Shown: positions 11,014-22,104, numbered from the stretch's first letter. The stretch is 64,000 nucleotides of DNA from an uncultured cyanobacterium (GCA_963706595.1 OY970166.1:3360001-3424000); one strand, 5' to 3'. The notes: generated by a model from the letters alone, not told the origin. Translations and numbers: made by a program.

Positions 11014-11441
11014 CTAATCCGAGATGGTTACGCCCATATTTTTGGCAGTACCTGCCACAATCTTCATCGCCGCTTCGATATCATTGGCGTTGAGATCAGG
11101 CATTTTGGTTTGGGCAATTTCTTGCAATTGAGCTTTTGTAATTGATCCAACTTTATTTTTGTTGGGTTCACTAGAGCCTCTTTCGATTTTCGCTGCCTTG
11201 CGAATCAGGTACCTGATGCTGGTGGTGTCTTGAGTACAAATGTAAAACTCCGGTCTTCAAATACCGAAATTTCTACAGGGATTACCATTCCAGCTTGGTC
11301 TGCTGTTTTGGCATTGTACTCTTTGCAGAACATCATAATGTTCACACCATGTTGACCCAATGCGGGTCCCACTGGTGGTGCTGGGTTGGCTTTTCCAGCA
11401 TTCAGGGCCAGTTTAATGACCGCTACTACTTTCTTCGCCAT
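11014..11441 (-). pseudogene. rplK: 50S ribosomal protein L11 with an apparent +2 frameshift at about 11204-11217 (possible sequencing error)
   Basis: N-terminal half ends TPPASGT*; C-terminal half [12 protein letters not shown]...NMGVTISD* is intact in another frame; total 428 nt = 426 + 2. Confidence 0.85.
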
Positions 11442-11447
11442 TTTGTG

Positions 11448-12080
11448 TTAACTCTGTTTTTCTACCTGATTAAATTCCAATTCTACTGGTGTATCTCGTC
11501 CAAAAATCGAAAGCAAGGCTTTTAATTTGCTTCGCTCTGGACTGACTTCAATCACCTCGCCTTCAAAGTCTTTAAAAGGACCTGAAAGCACAACTATCTT
11601 ATCACCAGCAGCCATGTCAATTTTGACAATTGGCTCCTGTTCGCTAGTCTGTTTGAAGATCCGTTCTACTTCTGATGGACCTAAAGGTACTGGTTTTACG
11701 TGACCTCGGCTTTTGCTACCGCCACGTTTTTGTTCCGCTCCCACGAAATTAATTACATGGGAGGTGTTTCGCACCACTTGCCAAGTGTCATCTTCCATCA
11801 CCATTCGTACTAGCACATAACCAGGAAAAACTTTTTCCTCTGTTTGCTGACGACTGCCATCTTTGCGAATTTTCACTGCTGGCGTGTGGGGGATTTCCAC
11901 TTGCACAATTTTGTCGGATACATCAAAGGTTTGGATACGCTGCTCCAAGTTTGTCTTGACGCGTTTTTCACAGCCTGAAGCTACTTGGACTGCATACCAG
12001 CGTACTTCATTGAGGGCTGTTTCTGCTCCTTCTTCAGAATGCAAAGCTGAGTTATATGGTTCGTCTGTTGCAGAAGTCAT
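11448..12080 (-). CDS. nusG: Transcription factor NusG
   Basis: WYAVQVASGCEKRV, FPGYVLV, KOW motif GPFKDFEG; ATG overlaps the secE stop (TGATG). Confidence 0.97.
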   Translation of the reverse strand: MTSATDEPYNSALHSEEGAETALNEVRWYAVQVASGCEKRVKTNLEQRIQTFDVSDKIVQVEIPHTPAVKIRKDGSRQQTEEKVFPGYVLVRMVMEDDTWQVVRNTSHVINFVGAEQKRGGSKSRGHVKPVPLGPSEVERIFKQTSEQEPIVKIDMAAGDKIVVLSGPFKDFEGEVIEVSPERSKLKALLSIFGRDTPVELEFNQVEKQS

Positions 12081-12301
12081 CAGAATACCTGTTGTGCTAC
12101 CCAACCGAACAATCCATCGACCAAATATATCAAAGATGCGGAGAGTGTCACCATTAGCAGCACACCTGCTGATTCGCTCACTAGCTGCTTTCGACTTGGC
12201 CAAACCACTTTTTCCAGTTCTTCTTTCGTCCCCTGAAAGAAGTTGCCTAAACTGAATCCATTGGTGTTTGCTGGCATTTCTGCTTCATTTTTTTTGGCCA
12301 C
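12080..12301 (-). CDS. secE: Preprotein translocase SecE
   Basis: EELEKVVWPSRKQL plus TM helix; lies between trnW and nusG. Confidence 0.95.
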   Translation of the reverse strand: MAKKNEAEMPANTNGFSLGNFFQGTKEELEKVVWPSRKQLVSESAGVLLMVTLSASLIYLVDGLFGWVAQQVF

Positions 12302-12491
12302 TGTCGTTTCCCCCTTTCTTAAATAAAGCTATACCCTGCTAATTTTCATTCAGGCTCACAGCTTTAATGGCATCATACTTAATGAAAGCAAAAAAGCTGT
12401 AAATGCAAAATATTCACACCCGAAAGCACCAGGGATATCTGCTATGTTAGCAGGCGTGCTGTTGTTTCGGGATAGGTTTTTTGCTTTTAAG

Positions 12492-12564
12492 CGCGCCCTG
12501 GAGGACTTGAACCCCCGACATCAGGTTTTGGAGACCTGCGTTCTACCAACTGAACTAAGAGCGC
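12492..12564 (-). tRNA. trnW: tRNA-Trp (CCA)
   Basis: GCGCTCT acceptor stem, anticodon arm CAGGT-CTCCAAA-ACCTG, GGTTCAAGTCC T-arm; 3' CCA not encoded. Confidence 0.97.
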
Positions 12565-12713
12565 ACGAAGTGCGTTGGATTCAGTTATTTATTCTGAACC
12601 TTTTTTAGTATAACGCATTTCGAGTCTTATTTCAAGTTATTTTTGTCGGGGTCACAAATCAGGGGCAAGTTCAGGTTGCTAGTAGAAATTTCTCCCATAC
12701 TTTGAACCGAAAT

Positions 12714-13076
12714 TTACAAGGCGCGGTCAAACCGTTGCTTGATCCGGGTGGCTTTACCTACACGTCCGCGTAAATAATAGAGTTTAGCACGTCGGACTTT
12801 ACCTCGACGCAGGATTTTAATGTTGTCGATGCGGGGAGAATGCAGCAAAAATACCCGCTCAACACCAATGCCTTGAAACACGCGGCGGACTGTAATAGTT
12901 TCGTTAATGCCACCATTACGTTTGGCAATCACTACGCCTTCGTAGGGTTGGATGCGAAACTTTTCTCCTTCTTTAATCTTGACCCCGACTTTTACGGTGT
13001 CGCCCACATAGATGATGGGCAGATCCGATTTTAGTTGTTCCGCTTCAATGGAGCGGATAATCTCTTGAGCGCTCAT
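12714..13076 (-). CDS. rplS: 50S ribosomal protein L19
   Basis: [26 protein letters not shown]. Confidence 0.98.
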   Translation of the reverse strand: MSAQEIIRSIEAEQLKSDLPIIYVGDTVKVGVKIKEGEKFRIQPYEGVVIAKRNGGINETITVRRVFQGIGVERVFLLHSPRIDNIKILRRGKVRRAKLYYLRGRVGKATRIKQRFDRAL

Positions 13077-13231
13077 AGTCTTTCTACTTTAAAAACTCAC
13101 AATCACTAATGATAAATCGATAATCCTATTTCAGTCTACTTATTTAAAGCAAAAGATCAATAATTTTACTGATTCCAATGACCTGCACACAAAAGCTATA
13201 TTACAGTAATCTGGGCTACAGGCATCGGATT

Positions 13232-14176
13232 ATGAGATTTAGCATCGTGATTACTACTTACAATCGCTTAAATTGGCTAAAGCGAGCTATTCACTCGGCT
13301 CTTAACCAGACAGTACCTTGTGAAGTAGTTGTTGCCGATGACTGTTCATCTGATGAAACTGAAGAATACATCAAAAGCTTAGGTAATTCTGTTGTTTATC
13401 ATCGCAATGGGGTTAACAAAGGTCACTCGGCTACGGTAAATGCTGGGGTGCAACAAGCAACCGGCGAATGGATTAAGTTTTTGGATGATGATGACTATTT
13501 GGCTCCCAATTGTATAGCAGAAATGACTAGAGCGATCGCTTTATGTCCTGGTGCTGTGATCTGTTCCTGTATAGCGGCTCAGGTGGATAGCCATGAAACT
13601 GAACTCAGTCGTACCCCGAAAATTGGACCTGGTTTAGCTTTTTATATCCCACAAGCTGATATTCACTACGGTATGTTGCTAGAACTTGTACCCTTTGGTA
13701 CGCCTGTTCAGGTAGCTTGCAGCCGCGATGCTTTCTGGAAAACTTATGGTTGGGACTCCCAACTCGATGCTAACTGTGATGACATTGATTCTTGGATTCG
13801 TATCGCTCAGTTTGGTCATGCGGTTTTCCTCAATCAGTGTTTGGCTTACCGGACTATTTGGACTGGTGCTTACAATCACAAGTTTTCCTTGTCTCGGCGG
13901 CTAAATACAAATATTTTAATTAAAGAGAAAATTTACGCGTTAGTTAATATCAAACACCACTCTCATATCCCGACGCTTCAAAATATAAAAAATTACCTAA
14001 AACTACATTGGATTTTAGCGGCTCTCAAGCAAAGGAACTGCCAAAACTTGCTGTTGATGTTAGATAAAACCGTGTTTTGCCCTAGTGCTTGGCAAATTCT
14101 GTTAACAGCTATTTTATCGCGGCACTTTCATTTCTACAATTCTCATTTACGTAAATTCATTTTGATTAAATCCTAA
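13232..14176 (+). CDS. Glycosyltransferase family 2
   Basis: FSIVITTYNR, VADDCSSD, KFLDDDD. Confidence 0.9.
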   Translation: MRFSIVITTYNRLNWLKRAIHSALNQTVPCEVVVADDCSSDETEEYIKSLGNSVVYHRNGVNKGHSATVNAGVQQATGEWIKFLDDDDYLAPNCIAEMTRAIALCPGAVICSCIAAQVDSHETELSRTPKIGPGLAFYIPQADIHYGMLLELVPFGTPVQVACSRDAFWKTYGWDSQLDANCDDIDSWIRIAQFGHAVFLNQCLAYRTIWTGAYNHKFSLSRRLNTNILIKEKIYALVNIKHHSHIPTLQNIKNYLKLHWILAALKQRNCQNLLLMLDKTVFCPSAWQILLTAILSRHFHFYNSHLRKFILIKS

Positions 14177-14265
14177 TTATTACATAAGTTCGTGAGCAAA
14201 ACTTCGGCGTAAGCGCTCAATGGAAGCATACCCACAACACCATAAATTTTGGGATATATATTTTT

Positions 14266-16383
14266 TTAAATATGAGATATTTTTAACTTAGTTTCCTGTT
14301 TTAAAGGAATTTCAATCACAAATTGTGTACCCTGGCCTGAAGATGAAATACAGTAAAATCTACCACCGTGATTTTTGGTAATAATCTGGTAGCTAATAGA
14401 CATACCCATTCCTGTTCCTTTACCAATTGGTTTGGTGGTGAAGAAAGGGTTAAAAATTAGTTGTTTAATTTTTTCGGGTATACCCATGCCATTGTCGCTA
14501 ATTTTAATCATAATTTTATCCTCGTTGAGCATTTGTGTGGAAATCCGAATGATGCTAGGAGATTCCTCTATTTTCTCCTGCAAACGTTTTTTGTCTCGTT
14601 CTTCTAAGACATCTATGGCATTAGTTAAAATGTTGATAAATACCTGATTTAATTGACCAGCGTAGCACTCTACCAGTGGTAAATCACCATATTCTTTGAT
14701 AACTTGAATGGCGGGATATCCTGGTTGACCTTTGAGACGACTTTTTAAAATTAGCAAAGAGCTATCAATTCCTTCGTGGATATCAACTGCTTTATATTCA
14801 GCTTCATCTAATCGGGAAAAATTTCTTAGTGAAAGCACAATTTGGCGAATGCGTTCGGCTCCCATTTTCATTGAGGACAGCAATTTAGGTAAATCTTGCA
14901 TCAAAAATTCTATGTCTATTACCTTATTTGCTGCCTGAATAATCGCTACAGGTTGGGGATAATATTCGTGATATAAGCTAATGAGTTTCAGTAAATCTTG
15001 AATATAGTCATTGGCTGGCGTAATATTGCCATAGATAAAATTAACTGGGTTGTTAATTTCGTGGGCTACACCTGCTACTAACTGACCAAGAGAAGACATT
15101 TTTGCACTCTGGATCATTTGAGTTTGAGTACGTTGTAATTCCTCTAGTGCCTTTTCGAGTGTTTGGGTTTGTTGGCGGAGTTGAACTTCTGATTGGCGCA
15201 AAGCTTTTTCAGCAGTTTTGCGATCGCTAATATTACTCATTGTCCCAGCTATGCAGCTAGTTCCTGTGATCTTATTCACTAAAAATTTGCCCCGATCTTC
15301 TACATAGATATAGGAACCATCTTTTTTCTGTAGACGATATTCCATTTGATACTGGCTTTTACTTTGGATTACAGATGCCCATACAAACGTAACCCTTGGG
15401 CGATCTTCATGTTGAATATGTGCTTGCCAAGTAGCTAGGTCAAATTGTTGCCATTCATCAACAGAGTATCCCGTAATTTCCTCAATTGCTCCTGCCCAAT
15501 GAATGTGACTTTGGGCAAGTTCATAAACATAAATCAATTGTCCAGTTTGCTCAACGACTAAACGAAACTGATTTTTGCTGACAGCTAAAGCTGCTTCTAC
15601 AGATTTGCGATCGCTTGATTCAATTACTAGGCGGACAAATTCAGTAATCGAGCTGATAAAGTTTTCTTCTTCTAAAGTCCACTGACGCAGACTACCCAAA
15701 TGTTCACAACATACTACACCAATCACCTTTCCTCTAGACCAAATCCTGACATCCAGCATTGAGGTAATGCCTAGCGGAATTGTATAAGTTGCAGAAAATT
15801 CTGAAGTGCGAGGATCTTGATGAACATCAACAACTGCTAGAATTTGTTCTTCTTTCAAAGCTTGAAAATAGCTAGGATAGTCACAGACGAACAATTCCGA
15901 ACCAGAACTGTGAGCATTACTAGAACGTTCATATAAATCAGCACATTGAATTTTGCTATAATCTTTACTGTATAACCAAACACTTACACGGTCTATATCT
16001 AGACCAAGACTAGCCACTTTTGTGACATATTTTATAGCAGTGGGAAAATCATCGTATTGTAGTGACTCACTTTGCACAAGTAACTGTAGAGCAGTGTTGT
16101 GTCTGCGAAAGCTTTGTTCAGTTTGCTGCTTTAATGCTTCAGCTTTCTTGTATTCATTAATCTCTTGTTGTAAATGATTGATTGTTTGATTTAACGGTGC
16201 GGTTCGTGCTTGTATTTCTTGCTCTACTTTTCCACTGATTTCCTGCAAAAGAATTTCTAATTGTTGCTCTTTATTTACATAATTAACGGTATTTTTTACC
16301 AGAATACTCCGCAGAGACATTTTAAAATCTGGTGGTAAATTTTCTTGATTGTTAGAAGTAGAAACCTGGTTTAAAAATTCCAT
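14266..16383 (-). CDS. GAF-PAS sensor histidine kinase
   Basis: GAF (ITSMLDV..GVVCCEH), PAS/PAC, VAHEINNP H-box, FNPFFTTK, GTGMGMSI. Confidence 0.92.
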   Translation of the reverse strand: MEFLNQVSTSNNQENLPPDFKMSLRSILVKNTVNYVNKEQQLEILLQEISGKVEQEIQARTAPLNQTINHLQQEINEYKKAEALKQQTEQSFRRHNTALQLLVQSESLQYDDFPTAIKYVTKVASLGLDIDRVSVWLYSKDYSKIQCADLYERSSNAHSSGSELFVCDYPSYFQALKEEQILAVVDVHQDPRTSEFSATYTIPLGITSMLDVRIWSRGKVIGVVCCEHLGSLRQWTLEEENFISSITEFVRLVIESSDRKSVEAALAVSKNQFRLVVEQTGQLIYVYELAQSHIHWAGAIEEITGYSVDEWQQFDLATWQAHIQHEDRPRVTFVWASVIQSKSQYQMEYRLQKKDGSYIYVEDRGKFLVNKITGTSCIAGTMSNISDRKTAEKALRQSEVQLRQQTQTLEKALEELQRTQTQMIQSAKMSSLGQLVAGVAHEINNPVNFIYGNITPANDYIQDLLKLISLYHEYYPQPVAIIQAANKVIDIEFLMQDLPKLLSSMKMGAERIRQIVLSLRNFSRLDEAEYKAVDIHEGIDSSLLILKSRLKGQPGYPAIQVIKEYGDLPLVECYAGQLNQVFINILTNAIDVLEERDKKRLQEKIEESPSIIRISTQMLNEDKIMIKISDNGMGIPEKIKQLIFNPFFTTKPIGKGTGMGMSISYQIITKNHGGRFYCISSSGQGTQFVIEIPLKQETKLKISHI

Positions 16384-16887
16384 CTTCCTTTATCCTGCAA
16401 GGTATTAAATTTATATATTTCCGGCATATTCTCTCAAACTTTTGCCATGGGTAAATCTAAAAAAAATATATGCATAATACTGGCATGAAAATAATGTAGT
16501 CTGATTGTTCAGCAGTGGCAATCAAAAGAGCAACCGCGTTGAGGTTTTATATCATGTTCGCCTAATTAGTTCTAATTCCCATCTCTGTGCAAAAAACGTA
16601 AATCCTCTTTCCCCCCTGCTCCCTGCTCCCTGCTCCCCTGCGGCCTTAATGATAAGTCTTTCACAGAACACGATATTAGCGGGGTTTTCAGGATTTTGCT
16701 GAATCCATAGAGCTACAATGCAGAGATTAGTTTGGTTGAAACATATTATAAGGGTGCAAAACCTTACACCCCTAAGAAAGTTTTCTATTCTACACAATTA
16801 CAAAGAGCTATAGGCTAGTCACATCTCCTACACTGAATCGAAACTGTGTTTTCGCGTAGAGCAACGGACTATCCTAGATTATCGTTG

Positions 16888-19800
16888 TTAATCGAACTTT
16901 TTCTTCCATCCACCCATACGGATTAAAATTGGCTTCGCCCAACGCCAATGTAATAAATCGTGCAGCATAGTATAAAAACAGGGAATGATAAACAGCGTCA
17001 GCAATGTGGCTAAAGATAAACCCGAAAATACTACCACACCCAATGGTTGCAGGAATTCTGAACCTTCACCAATTCCCAAAGCCAGGGGAAACATACCTAG
17101 AACTGTAGTAATGGTGGTCATCAATATTGGACGTAAGCGTTGAGGAGCAGCTTGCAAAATGGCAGTTTTTCGATTAACTTTGTCTCGTTCACGAATTTGA
17201 TTTGCTAGTTCTACCATAATGATGGCATTGTTGACTACAATACCCACCAATAAAACTGCTCCGACGATGACAGTCGCACCAATGGCGGTATTGGTAATGT
17301 AAAGCCCAAAAATTCCGCCAGCTATTGCCAGAGGAATGGTCAACATAATTACCAAGGGGTCAATGAGTGAATTGTACTGCACTGCCATGACTACGAAAAC
17401 GAGAAAGCTTGCTAATCCACCTAATAGTTTCAGGGAGTTTTGCAGTTCCTGATTAGATGCAGCGGCCGAACTGGGTAACACACTCACACCTTCAGGTAAA
17501 TTTAAACTAGCTAATATGGCATCTACCTCGGTAAAAGCATCACTGAGGTTAGCTCCTTCAATCAAATTACCTGCAAATATGACTACCTGACGCTGATTAA
17601 TTCTCTGAATTTCCCCAGGCGCTTGTCCTGGAGTAATTGTCGCCACATCGCTCAGGCGGACTTGGCGATTATTGTCAACGAACAAAGGTAATCTCTCTAA
17701 TTGAGAAACCTCTTGCAGTGATGATTGATTCAACTGCACTCTGACATCGACTAAACGGTTACTACGTTGTAGTCGGGTGGGTACACTACCTTGGATAGCG
17801 GTTTGAATTGTTTCGCCAATATCTTGAGTAGTTAAGCCAAAATTGGCTACTCTGTCCCAGTCAGGAATGATTTGGAGTTCGGGTTGACGGTCATCAGCAT
17901 CAGGACGGAATCTGACTAAGGTGGCGCGGTCTTCTAAGGCTGTGAGGACTTCTCGACCAGCTTGTTCTAAGTTTTGTGTATCGTTACCCTGAAGGATGAT
18001 ATCAACATCAGCACCACGGGCTGGAGAGTTACTGAGAATTAAACCCCGCACTTCGCCAGGAGAAAGGCGCAGGCGAATTCCCACTAAATTTAGCTGATTA
18101 AACTCTTGGGTGACTCGTTCTACGTAAGCTTCGGTATCAGTCCCTGGTTTGAGGGTAATAGTGCTACTACCTCTGAGAGGATTAGCATTGACATTTGTGC
18201 CGAAAAGTGAGCCGCCTGCTGTGGTGAAGACATATTCTGTTTCGGGTTGCTTGAGGAGGATGTCATCTACCATCGCCATGACTTTGCGGTTGGTTTCTAG
18301 GGGCGTACCAGGAGGAAACTGAGCATTTAATCGAGCTTGTCCTGTGCTAATTCGCGGCAGGATTTCTTGGGGAATTTGCGGAGCTATCCATAAACTACCA
18401 CCACCGAATATGATCAGAGCGATCGCCACTGTTAAAAATCGCCAGCGTAATATATCAGTCAAAAACCGCCTATACCTGTTTGTCGCGGTCTCAAAGCGCC
18501 GGTTAAATTCTTGTAGCAGCCAAAACTTACTCAACCCACTAGAAAACTTCCATGCCAAGGTGCGGGAAGTGAGCATAGGTATAATTGTCACCGCAATCAA
18601 AATGGAAGCGGCGACGGAAAAGCTGATAGTGAGAATTAACTCATTAAACAGCAGTGAAATAAAGCCCCCAATCAGCAAAAATGGCATCACCGCCACTAAG
18701 TTGGTACTCGTAGAAGCAATTAAGGCTGATTCTACTTCCCGACTACTTTGTTCCGCTTGTTGAATTAGTTGTTGGGAATTGAGGCGAGTTTTAGTATCTT
18801 TACCGGGAGTCATCCCTGCACCCTCGGCGATGTTCTCCAACATGACGATAGAGTTATCTACGACAATACCCACACCTAAAGCTAAACCACCCAAACTGAA
18901 GACGTTTAGGGATAAGCCAAAGATTCCCATTAAAATGATGGCGGCTAAACTGGCTAAAGGAATAGCAATGACAATAATAAAAGTTTGTCGCAGGGAACCC
19001 AGGAAGAGTAAAACCGCAAACGCAGCTAGTCCCGTACCAATTAACCCGGAAGTGACAACATTAGAAATGGAATTGCGGATAAACTTTGACTCATCCAAGG
19101 TAGCTGTAAGTATTGTTCCTTCAGGAACTACACCCGATGATTGGAGTTCTGCTAAACGTTTTTTTACACCATCAACAACATTAACTGTATTAGCATCTGG
19201 CTGCTTTTGAATGCTGATTTTAACAGATGCTTCCCCGTTAAGTAAAACGTAGATGCGCTGTTGTTCAGAACCATCAATAACTTCGGCAAAATCTCGCAAA
19301 TAAACGCGGCGATTCAAAATTGGGGGCGAGGTATTGGCATCAGGGTCAGAATTGACCTCAAAAGACAAATTTTTAATTTCATCTGCACTTTGGAAACGTC
19401 CCACAGTCCGAGTTAATGGCTCATAATTTTGTCCTAACAGCCGACCACCAGAAACATCTTGATTGCGGTCTCTAAGTTCATCCAAAACATCAGTCAAACC
19501 CACACCCAAGGCTTGCAAACGATCCAAATCTAGATTGACTCTAACTTCTTCTTTGACTCCTCCTGATACGTCTACCGATGCGACTCCAGGGACAACGCCG
19601 AGTTCGCGAACTAGTTCTTCTTCAGCAAAAACCCGCAAATCCAGGCTATCTAAGGAGGGCGAAGTTAAGGCAAATTCGTAAACTGGTAACTGGGAAGGAT
19701 CAAATTTGAATAAGCGTGGTGTTTCAATAGTATCTGGTAATCTGCCTCTAGCTCGATTAAAGGAAGCTGTAGCATCGTTTAAGGCTTGGTCAATATCGCC

Positions 19801-20121
19801 CCCTGGTTGAAAGTACAAATCCAAACTGACCTGTCCTTCACGAGTTTGGGAAAAAATCTGTAGCACACCTTCAGTGGCTGAAAAGGCTGATTCTAAAGGT
19901 CTTGTGACTTCATCAATTGCTACCTCTGGAGAAATTCCTGGTGCGGCTATTCGCACACCAATTCGGGGGTAGGTAATTGATGGGAGTAAATCTACAGGTA
20001 TTTTGATGATAAAAAATACACCCATTACCACTACTGCTAAAGCCAGCATGAGTGTGCCGATATGTCGGCGGATGGAAATAGTACTAATACTAAATCCGCC
20101 GCCCTTCTGTACTTCCTGCAT
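16888..20121 (-). CDS. RND efflux permease, AcrB/AcrD/AcrF family
   Basis: 1077 aa; GIVVDNSIVMLENI, GIVVNNAII, RLRPILMTT. Confidence 0.95.
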   Translation of the reverse strand: MQEVQKGGGFSISTISIRRHIGTLMLALAVVVMGVFFIIKIPVDLLPSITYPRIGVRIAAPGISPEVAIDEVTRPLESAFSATEGVLQIFSQTREGQVSLDLYFQPGGDIDQALNDATASFNRARGRLPDTIETPRLFKFDPSQLPVYEFALTSPSLDSLDLRVFAEEELVRELGVVPGVASVDVSGGVKEEVRVNLDLDRLQALGVGLTDVLDELRDRNQDVSGGRLLGQNYEPLTRTVGRFQSADEIKNLSFEVNSDPDANTSPPILNRRVYLRDFAEVIDGSEQQRIYVLLNGEASVKISIQKQPDANTVNVVDGVKKRLAELQSSGVVPEGTILTATLDESKFIRNSISNVVTSGLIGTGLAAFAVLLFLGSLRQTFIIVIAIPLASLAAIILMGIFGLSLNVFSLGGLALGVGIVVDNSIVMLENIAEGAGMTPGKDTKTRLNSQQLIQQAEQSSREVESALIASTSTNLVAVMPFLLIGGFISLLFNELILTISFSVAASILIAVTIIPMLTSRTLAWKFSSGLSKFWLLQEFNRRFETATNRYRRFLTDILRWRFLTVAIALIIFGGGSLWIAPQIPQEILPRISTGQARLNAQFPPGTPLETNRKVMAMVDDILLKQPETEYVFTTAGGSLFGTNVNANPLRGSSTITLKPGTDTEAYVERVTQEFNQLNLVGIRLRLSPGEVRGLILSNSPARGADVDIILQGNDTQNLEQAGREVLTALEDRATLVRFRPDADDRQPELQIIPDWDRVANFGLTTQDIGETIQTAIQGSVPTRLQRSNRLVDVRVQLNQSSLQEVSQLERLPLFVDNNRQVRLSDVATITPGQAPGEIQRINQRQVVIFAGNLIEGANLSDAFTEVDAILASLNLPEGVSVLPSSAAASNQELQNSLKLLGGLASFLVFVVMAVQYNSLIDPLVIMLTIPLAIAGGIFGLYITNTAIGATVIVGAVLLVGIVVNNAIIMVELANQIRERDKVNRKTAILQAAPQRLRPILMTTITTVLGMFPLALGIGEGSEFLQPLGVVVFSGLSLATLLTLFIIPCFYTMLHDLLHWRWAKPILIRMGGWKKKFD

Positions 20122-20180
20122 CTATTGCTAATCTCCAATAAAAGGGCTAAATAAACGCCTCAAAAAGTGATTTTTAAGTT

Positions 20181-21629
20181 TTACTTTGCTGTTTCTGACA
20201 AAACTGAAAGAACTACAACGTCACCCTCTTTTAAAGGTCTACCACTACGAGCAACATAGGTTTCCCCGGCTTGCAAGCCAGATAAAATTTCTACGTTGCC
20301 ATCAGCTTTTTTCCCTAAAGTTACAGCACGGGTGGTTACTTTGGTTTTACCTTCTCTGTCTGTAATTACGAAGACTTTACCATTGCGGTCTTCTGACTCG
20401 CTCTGATCTTTTGTAGAGTCAGCAGAATTATTATTTTTTGCTTGTTTTTGAATCGCGGCTTGGGACACCACTACTTGCTGTGATGTCTGGGATTCAAATT
20501 TGACTCTTGCTAAAAGTCCACTGCTAATTTTGTTTTCGCTATTGGGAATTACTACTTCTACTGGGATTAAACGCGCTGTAGCATCGGCTACTGGAGAGAT
20601 GCGTGTAACTCTGCCAATTAATGATTCATTGGGGAAAGCATCTAAGCTGACTTGCACAGATTGTCCGACTTGAATTTGCGACAGTTCTAATTCGGAAACT
20701 TGCACTACGACTTTGATACGGCTAAAGTCGGCAATCTGCAAGACTTCATTTCCTGGTTGGAGAAGATTACCTGGTTCTGTGACTCTTTGGGTAATTACAC
20801 CAGTGATGGGGGAGATTAAACGCGCGTAGGATCGGCGTTCTTTCAACTGAGCAACTACGGCTTGTTGAGCTATGACTCTGCCTTGGGCGGCGGCGACGGC
20901 TTGCTGTTCTGTACGCACGCTGTCTTCGGATGCTCGTAGTGATTGGGCTGCTGTTTTTGCTTGAGTGCGGGCTTGTTCGGCGGTTTGTTGCGCGATCGCA
21001 CCGGCTTGGAACAGTTCCTGTTGTCGTTTAGAATCTGCCTGTGCCTGCACTAATTCTAATCGCGCTCTTTCCACTTCTGCACGGGCATTACTGACCTGAG
21101 TTTTTGCCCTGGCGACTTCTGAACCCAAGGCTGCTAGTTCGGCTTCTGATTGTTTTAATGATGTTAACAGGATGGCATCATCTAACAGTCCGACGTTCTG
21201 CCCCTGGTTAACTTTATCACCTACATCTAAGTTCAAAGCCAATAGTCTGGCTTCTACTTGCGATCGCAATGAAACAGTCCGAAATGGCGTAGTATTCCCT
21301 GTATAAATTGGTTGTACCCGCAATACGCCAGTGCGAGCGATCGCCACATCTACAGGTATGGCATTGTTACCGCGCCTTCCCTCACCACCTTGCTGAGATT
21401 GCGCTTTCGCAGACTCCTTTGGCATCGACCCACAACTTGCCGTCAACAGTCCCATACCTAGCAAAGAAGTAATAAATAAGATAGATAGAGGTAAAGGACG
21501 ATGCCCTGCTTTTGCTCTATCTCTGGTTTCAAAAATTGAATGCAATTGGGGATTAATTACCTGGTTTATGGAGCCGTTATCAGTTGGCAATTTTGCCTGT
21601 TTCTTAGGCATTTTTTTCTCCAAAATCAT
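20181..21629 (-). CDS. RND efflux periplasmic adaptor (MFP), probable lipoprotein; start uncertain
   Basis: LTASC lipobox, coiled coil, ISPITGVI; AGGAG before the ATG at 21629. Confidence 0.9.
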   Translation of the reverse strand: MILEKKMPKKQAKLPTDNGSINQVINPQLHSIFETRDRAKAGHRPLPLSILFITSLLGMGLLTASCGSMPKESAKAQSQQGGEGRRGNNAIPVDVAIARTGVLRVQPIYTGNTTPFRTVSLRSQVEARLLALNLDVGDKVNQGQNVGLLDDAILLTSLKQSEAELAALGSEVARAKTQVSNARAEVERARLELVQAQADSKRQQELFQAGAIAQQTAEQARTQAKTAAQSLRASEDSVRTEQQAVAAAQGRVIAQQAVVAQLKERRSYARLISPITGVITQRVTEPGNLLQPGNEVLQIADFSRIKVVVQVSELELSQIQVGQSVQVSLDAFPNESLIGRVTRISPVADATARLIPVEVVIPNSENKISSGLLARVKFESQTSQQVVVSQAAIQKQAKNNNSADSTKDQSESEDRNGKVFVITDREGKTKVTTRAVTLGKKADGNVEILSGLQAGETYVARSGRPLKEGDVVVLSVLSETAK

Positions 21630-21998
21630 GTATCTTGCTCCTAAAATGGAGTTTTTCACGGTAACTGCCTGTATATTTTCAAGTAATTTCAGAAGGATAT
21701 TACTAACTTGTCAGAAGGGTGAATATATAAGCGATCTGACAGCTTTTTTGGCTTGAGTGTTTCGTTTCACGCACTAAAATATTTACCATTATGCTGCCTA
21801 GTAAAAGTCAATATTTTTTAGCCCCTGAGAAAATGATGATTTTAGGAGAAATATTTGGACATTATTTGCTTGTTGCTCCAAAATGGATCAATTTTAAATA
21901 GTCATTTCCAGGAGTTTTTTTAATCTCAGACTGTATTTCGAGATCACCGAATTATTATACTTAATTTTACATAAATATACATAATGTTGCAAATCAAG

Positions 21999-22104
21999 TA
22001 TAGCGGTTATCAGTTAAGTGAGATACAAGAACCCCACCCCCAACCCCCTCCCCGCAAGCGAGGAGGGGGCTATGATGTACTTCATTCAAGTGGATAACGC
22101 TATA
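21999..22104. mobile_element. MITE-like shell (TATAGC ends) enclosing a GC hairpin repeat
   Basis: TATAGCGGTTATCAGTTAAGTGAG... vs ...TTCATTCAAGTGGATAACGCTATA, imperfect inverted ends. Confidence 0.6.
22030..22069 (-). repeat. CCCCTCCTCGCTTGCGGGGAGGGG-type hairpin repeat, copy 1
   Basis: Reverse complement of the copies at 24581, 25346 and 52862. Confidence 0.85.
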
